From: Nanobdellati archaeon
GTDB taxonomy: Archaea; EX4484-52; GLR71
DNA length: 64,000 nt
Assembly: GCA_019429005.1 (NCBI GenBank)
Contig: JAHYJR010000005.1
Location: forward strand, 16,926-80,925
Direction: 5' to 3'
In this document: positions 59,989 to 64,000 of the stretch, piece by piece
Layout of the letters: every line of letters begins with the position of its first letter
How positions within the stretch are numbered: the first letter of the stretch is position 1
Translations under genes and position numbers: made by a program
The notes under the pieces: generated by a model
Database searches by the model: none
Told to the model about the DNA's origin: nothing
Seen by the model: the letters and a program-made list of their open reading frames with translations, nothing else

Positions 59989-60938
59989 TTTTTGATATTT
60001 GTCAAAGCAAGGTTTGCAAGAAATGCTTCTATCTGTATATCTTCAGAACCGCCTTCAACGATTCTAAATTCATATTCACCAAGAAGATCAATTAGTCTTG
60101 CTTTTTCCATTGCATCCACATCAAGAATTAATATTTCTCTATGTATTGCTTTTATAACATCAATACCTGAAAGACCTCGCGAAATCATAACATCCATAAG
60201 CTGTTTTCGTGCACCAAGAAAATCATTTTCAAGTGCTTTTTTAACAATCTCTTTGACTTCTTCAGGTTTTAGCATTGCAGCCATTGCATATATTGTATCT
60301 TTATCTATTATTTTTGTGGTTATTGATGCCGATTGCAGTATATTTACAGCTTTTCTTAAATCCCCTTCAGAAATATCAAGAAGTGCATCCATACCATCAT
60401 CGGTTACCTTTACGCCTTCTTCATCACAAATGTATTTGAGTCTGTCTGATATGTCTTTATTATTGATTTTACCAAAACGAAATACTGCACATCTTGATTG
60501 AATTGGTGGTATGATTTTTGATGAATAGTTACAGCTTAAGATAAATCTAGTTGAATTTGTATATTTTTCCATTGTCCTTCTCAATGCCTGTTGAGCTTGT
60601 GGTGTTAAAGCATCGCTTTCATCTAAAAATATTATTTTGAAGTCCGCACCAAGAGGTTTTGTTTTTGCGAAATCCTTGATTTTATTCCTAACAACATCAA
60701 TACCACGTTCATCAGATGCATTTGTTTCCATTAAGTTGCTTTTCCATCTGTCTCCATACAAATCTTTTGCAAGTGCAATAGCTGATGTTGTTTTACCGAT
60801 ACCTGCAGTTCCTGCAAAAAGGCAGTGTGGTAAGGTCTTGTTTTTAGCAAATGCTTTGAGTTTATCTGTTATGTTTTTTTGTCCGACTACGTCATCAAGT
60901 TTATCCGGTCTGTATTTCTCAGTCCATATATCTATCAT
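59985..60938 (-). CDS. rfcS: Replication factor C small subunit, no intein
   Basis: WTEKYRP, GIGKTT, NASDERG, ALRRTME, IQSRC. Confidence 0.97.
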   Translation of the reverse strand: MIDIWTEKYRPDKLDDVVGQKNITDKLKAFAKNKTLPHCLFAGTAGIGKTTSAIALAKDLYGDRWKSNLMETNASDERGIDVVRNKIKDFAKTKPLGADFKIIFLDESDALTPQAQQALRRTMEKYTNSTRFILSCNYSSKIIPPIQSRCAVFRFGKINNKDISDRLKYICDEEGVKVTDDGMDALLDISEGDLRKAVNILQSASITTKIIDKDTIYAMAAMLKPEEVKEIVKKALENDFLGARKQLMDVMISRGLSGIDVIKAIHREILILDVDAMEKARLIDLLGEYEFRIVEGGSEDIQIEAFLANLALTNIKK

Positions 60939-60969
60939 AAAAATTTCACCTGTTGATTTATGTTAGGGT

Positions 60970-61590
60970 AAGAAATCTTAAATATGTGTTTTATTTTTTT
61001 AGAAAACGTTCACTATCTCTCCAACCTATATCTGTTCTATAATGCAGATTATTTCCTTCGACATGTATTTTTGAAATTGCACAATAAGCGTTTTTTTGTT
61101 TCTTCATTTATTATAAAATGTATATTTAAAATTTTGTCATCAAATTCCGTATTTTCAATTTTATGTTCAATCAGTCCAAAAAGATTTTCCAAATCTGTAT
61201 CTGTATATTCATGAACACCAATTTGAATATAATCTAAATTTGTATAAAGTTCATCAAAAATCTCAAAATTTGATTTAAGTGTACGTCCATTTGTATAAAC
61301 GCCTGTTCTGAGACCTAATTCTTTAAACATTTTTGCAGATTCTAGAACTAATTGTGTTGTTTCTTTATCAATCAGGGGTTCTCCACCAGTAAAATCAACA
61401 GTGTGTAAGGGTTTTTATGTTTCATTATCTGCTGTAAATTCAATTATATCTGTTATTATCTCTTTAATCTTATCTGCATCCATTGTAGTCGGTTCATAGA
61501 CACCATAATGTCTTTTAGACCCTCTTTACGTTTGCAATAAATGCAATCTAAATCGCATCTGTTTGTGATATCTAAAAGTATATTTGTCAT
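60970..61590 (-). pseudogene. Radical SAM pseudogene
   Basis: ITNRCDLDCIYC (CxxxCxxC), frameshift near 61520, in-frame TAA near 61416, DFTGGEPL, YTNG; 3' end approximate. Confidence 0.85.
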
Positions 61591-61809
61591 AAGGACATCT
61601 TTATTATTATATTATTATTTTGCTTATTATTTTTTTCAGTAATATGTTCAATTCAAAATGTTTCAAACGTTTGAACTTGAGTATTATACATTTATTTAAC
61701 TTTTTAAACGTTAAGCTGTTACAAACAAGTAATTAGGAGTTAATTGTATCGTTTAATGTAAAACAATATCTCAAAATATCCAAAAAAGAGTTTATTTATT
61801 TAATCCTAA

Positions 61810-62291
61810 TTAAAACTTAATCAAACAGCCTATAACATCCTGAAAAAAGACTTCTTTACCTTTATGTGATATAGATTCTCTTGCTGTAAAATATGTGTAA
61901 TCACCATTAATTACAAATTGATATTTATAATCACCATCTTTAAATTCTGGAGGGCCTCTGAATGGCAGATTTTAATCAATGTTACGATGTGCTTTTTTTA
62001 AAAAGTCGAATGCGTCGTCTATAAATTTATCAGAAAGTCCAGAAATCGTCTGACCTTGATATGACATAGACCATATGTTAATACCTTTAAAGAAAACCAC
62101 TTCACGTCCAGATGCCCACGAATGATTAGTATAAGAATCATGGTATTTCCAATCACTTCTGTGTATTCATAATCCTTATGTTGATCAAGAATTGGTGTTT
62201 CACAACGATATTGATTCTTTATTTCTTTTGATGCTGCGTATGTGTTTTTATGTGCTTTTGCGATGAATTTAAGTAATGTCTTAATATCCAT
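61810..62291 (-). pseudogene. DUF5680-like pseudogene
   Basis: FIAKAHKNTYA; frameshift near 62157 into WKYHDSY..GREVV..WSMSYQG; TAA near 61973; PFRGP. Confidence 0.75.
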
Positions 62292-62446
62292 AAATTAATT
62301 TGGTATGGTATAGATATAAATTTAATTTAAAATATAGATTATTTGATTGGTCTGTATTGGTTTAAAATATATTCTACTATTAGAACTCTTAAGAAAATAT
62401 AATTAAATCTTCATTTTAAAAAGACAATTATGCTGATTATATGATT

Positions 62447-62689
62447 TTATTTTTCATGTGCTTTTGTAGTTTTTCGCTTCTTGTTCAACGTCTCTAAATC
62501 ATCTTTAAGTTCTTTTATCTCATCATTCAAATCCTTTTCTTCATTATTCATTTTTAATGATATGAGGGATAATTGTTTAAATTCAAATTTAATTGTGATT
62601 AGGTATAATAAAACAACAATGCATGTAATTACAATTGCTTCTTCAACAGGAAAAAATATTCCTAAAAATGGTATATTCATATAAATCAA
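62447..62689 (-). CDS. Small single-TM coiled-coil protein
   Basis: TM helix, EFK, then heptads. Confidence 0.75.
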   Translation of the reverse strand: MIYMNIPFLGIFFPVEEAIVITCIVVLLYLITIKFEFKQLSLISLKMNNEEKDLNDEIKELKDDLETLNKKRKTTKAHEK

Positions 62690-62694
62690 TCCAT

Positions 62695-62895
62695 CTATTT
62701 TTTCTTGAATGTATCAAGTTCTTCTCTTAATTCTGTAATATTTTGTTTAAGTGCTGTTTCTTGATTATCATAATTTTTAACAATTTTGATAATCTCTTTG
62801 AATTCATATTCAAGTATGACTATATATAGGACTAATACGACAAAAAACATCGTAATTAAATCCAATAAGTCAACACTGAAACCAAATATATACAT
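62695..62895 (-). CDS. Small single-TM coiled-coil protein, likely paralog of its neighbour
   Basis: TM helix, EFK, then heptads. Confidence 0.75.
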   Translation of the reverse strand: MYIFGFSVDLLDLITMFFVVLVLYIVILEYEFKEIIKIVKNYDNQETALKQNITELREELDTFKKK

Positions 62896-62922
62896 ATTAC
62901 ATCAACATATCTTTTTTTAGGA

Positions 62923-64000
62923 TTATTGTTTAAAAGAATAATCCGTAGCTTGATTACTTTTTGTTTTGATTATTCTTTTGTTTAGGTACACTGCTAAGAA
63001 TCCACCTGCTAACAATAAGATTAATGTGTATAATGCATTTAATCCTGTTGATGCTTTAGCACCTGTAACATAAAACTGTCCGGTAGTTTCAGCGAGTGTT
63101 GTAAAATCTTCTTTGAATTTTATGTTTGCTATATACATTCCACTTGGTGCTGACAATGGTATAATAAATTTCTCTGAAAATTCTGTTTTCTCAAGTGGTT
63201 CAAGATCTTCGAGTTGTTGTATGTTCAAGTGTATAAGTTCAAGGTCTTGTGTATATATTTCACTTTCAATATATGGTTTTTCAATATTATCACCACCATT
63301 TATTATCAGTATTTCAAGATATCCTGGTGTTCCTGAATCATATTTACTATTTTTTGTATTTACAATGATTGTTGGATATGATTGTTTGTATATTATACTT
63401 ATAGTTCTTAATCCTTCAGCTTCAATTGCTGGTATAATTATAGTTGAACTACTTTCACCACCAGTATATTCTAATTCGTTTCCAAATGCGTCTTTAACTT
63501 CAATTATTTTGTCGGCAGCTATGATTGTATTTAATTTAACATTTGTATATTCTTCTTTAGCTAAATTCTTCAAGAATATATCTGTTTTGATTTTAACTTG
63601 TTTATCTTCAAGTTTATCTATAACTTCAGTATTTCTATCAATAGTGATTACAGGTGGTGTTGTTACACCAATTGTATATAATCTAGATTCCATAGCGTAT
63701 ATAGTTGATTCCCATATAGCTTTTGTTCCATCTGTTGTTGTATCTACATCAAGAGATTCTTCAAGTTTTTCTCCTTTTACATTATAATAACTTGCATATA
63801 CATTAAGTGTATCTTCAAATATTGATGTTGTAAATGTTGCTACTGTTGATCTTTGATTAGGGTTGTATACTTCAAAGTCTTTAATCCATAAAGCAGGAGT
63901 GCCTACAATTACAGATTTTGCAAGTTTAAAGTTCTCATTATCTATTATGTTTAATGGTTCTAGACTTTTTGGGGTGTATACATTTACTACACCCATGTCC
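62923..64000 (-). CDS. C-terminal part of a membrane-anchored surface protein (probably 5'-truncated by the window)
   Basis: Ig-like beta segments, PSGMY, C-terminal TM plus basic tail; frame open to the edge. Confidence 0.8.
   Translation of the reverse strand, partial: DMGVVNVYTPKSLEPLNIIDNENFKLAKSVIVGTPALWIKDFEVYNPNQRSTVATFTTSIFEDTLNVYASYYNVKGEKLEESLDVDTTTDGTKAIWESTIYAMESRLYTIGVTTPPVITIDRNTEVIDKLEDKQVKIKTDIFLKNLAKEEYTNVKLNTIIAADKIIEVKDAFGNELEYTGGESSSTIIIPAIEAEGLRTISIIYKQSYPTIIVNTKNSKYDSGTPGYLEILIINGGDNIEKPYIESEIYTQDLELIHLNIQQLEDLEPLEKTEFSEKFIIPLSAPSGMYIANIKFKEDFTTLAETTGQFYVTGAKASTGLNALYTLILLLAGGFLAVYLNKRIIKTKSNQATDYSFKQ

Noticed and set aside
1-64000. Inteins, transposases, integrases, rRNA
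   Set aside because: RFC, Hel308 and SMC show no insertions, and no such motifs or GC-rich rRNA-like stretch were seen

Overview
Very AT-rich archaeal chromosome segment. It is probably from a DPANN lineage such as Aenigmarchaeota, which is an inference from gene style and content. Minus-strand block (1-17.4 kb): uL3-uL24 ribosomal operon with aIF1 and Rpp29, a dUTPase-family gene, a solo Cas4-like two-gene module, rsmA, an unusually short SMC, geranylgeranyl reductase, ND-AspRS, an EMC6-like protein and a decayed gene. Mostly plus-strand block (17.6-48.9 kb): scpAB, an Asp-repeat protein, RqcH, DHS, Hel308, an intron-containing tRNA-Ile with the rare UAU anticodon, two regulators, glmS-glmM-glmU, thermosome, a type IV pilus locus with about 7 pilin-like genes, and truA. 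Minus-strand block (49-64 kb): a 3134-aa surface protein, RFC-L/S, two pseudogenes and small membrane proteins. Best leads: (1) a promoter-bounded structured RNA with alternative pairings, lying between an unusual ArsR-fusion regulator and glmS-glmM-glmU; (2) tRNA-Ile(UAU) head-to-head with a COG1395-type regulator; (3) a mini-SMC plus a poly-Asp protein next to scpAB; (4) the pilus locus plus a giant adhesin with nested domain insertions; (5) several perfect intergenic tandem-repeat arrays. No CRISPR array, rRNA or transposase was seen. All family calls come from motif recognition, not database searches.
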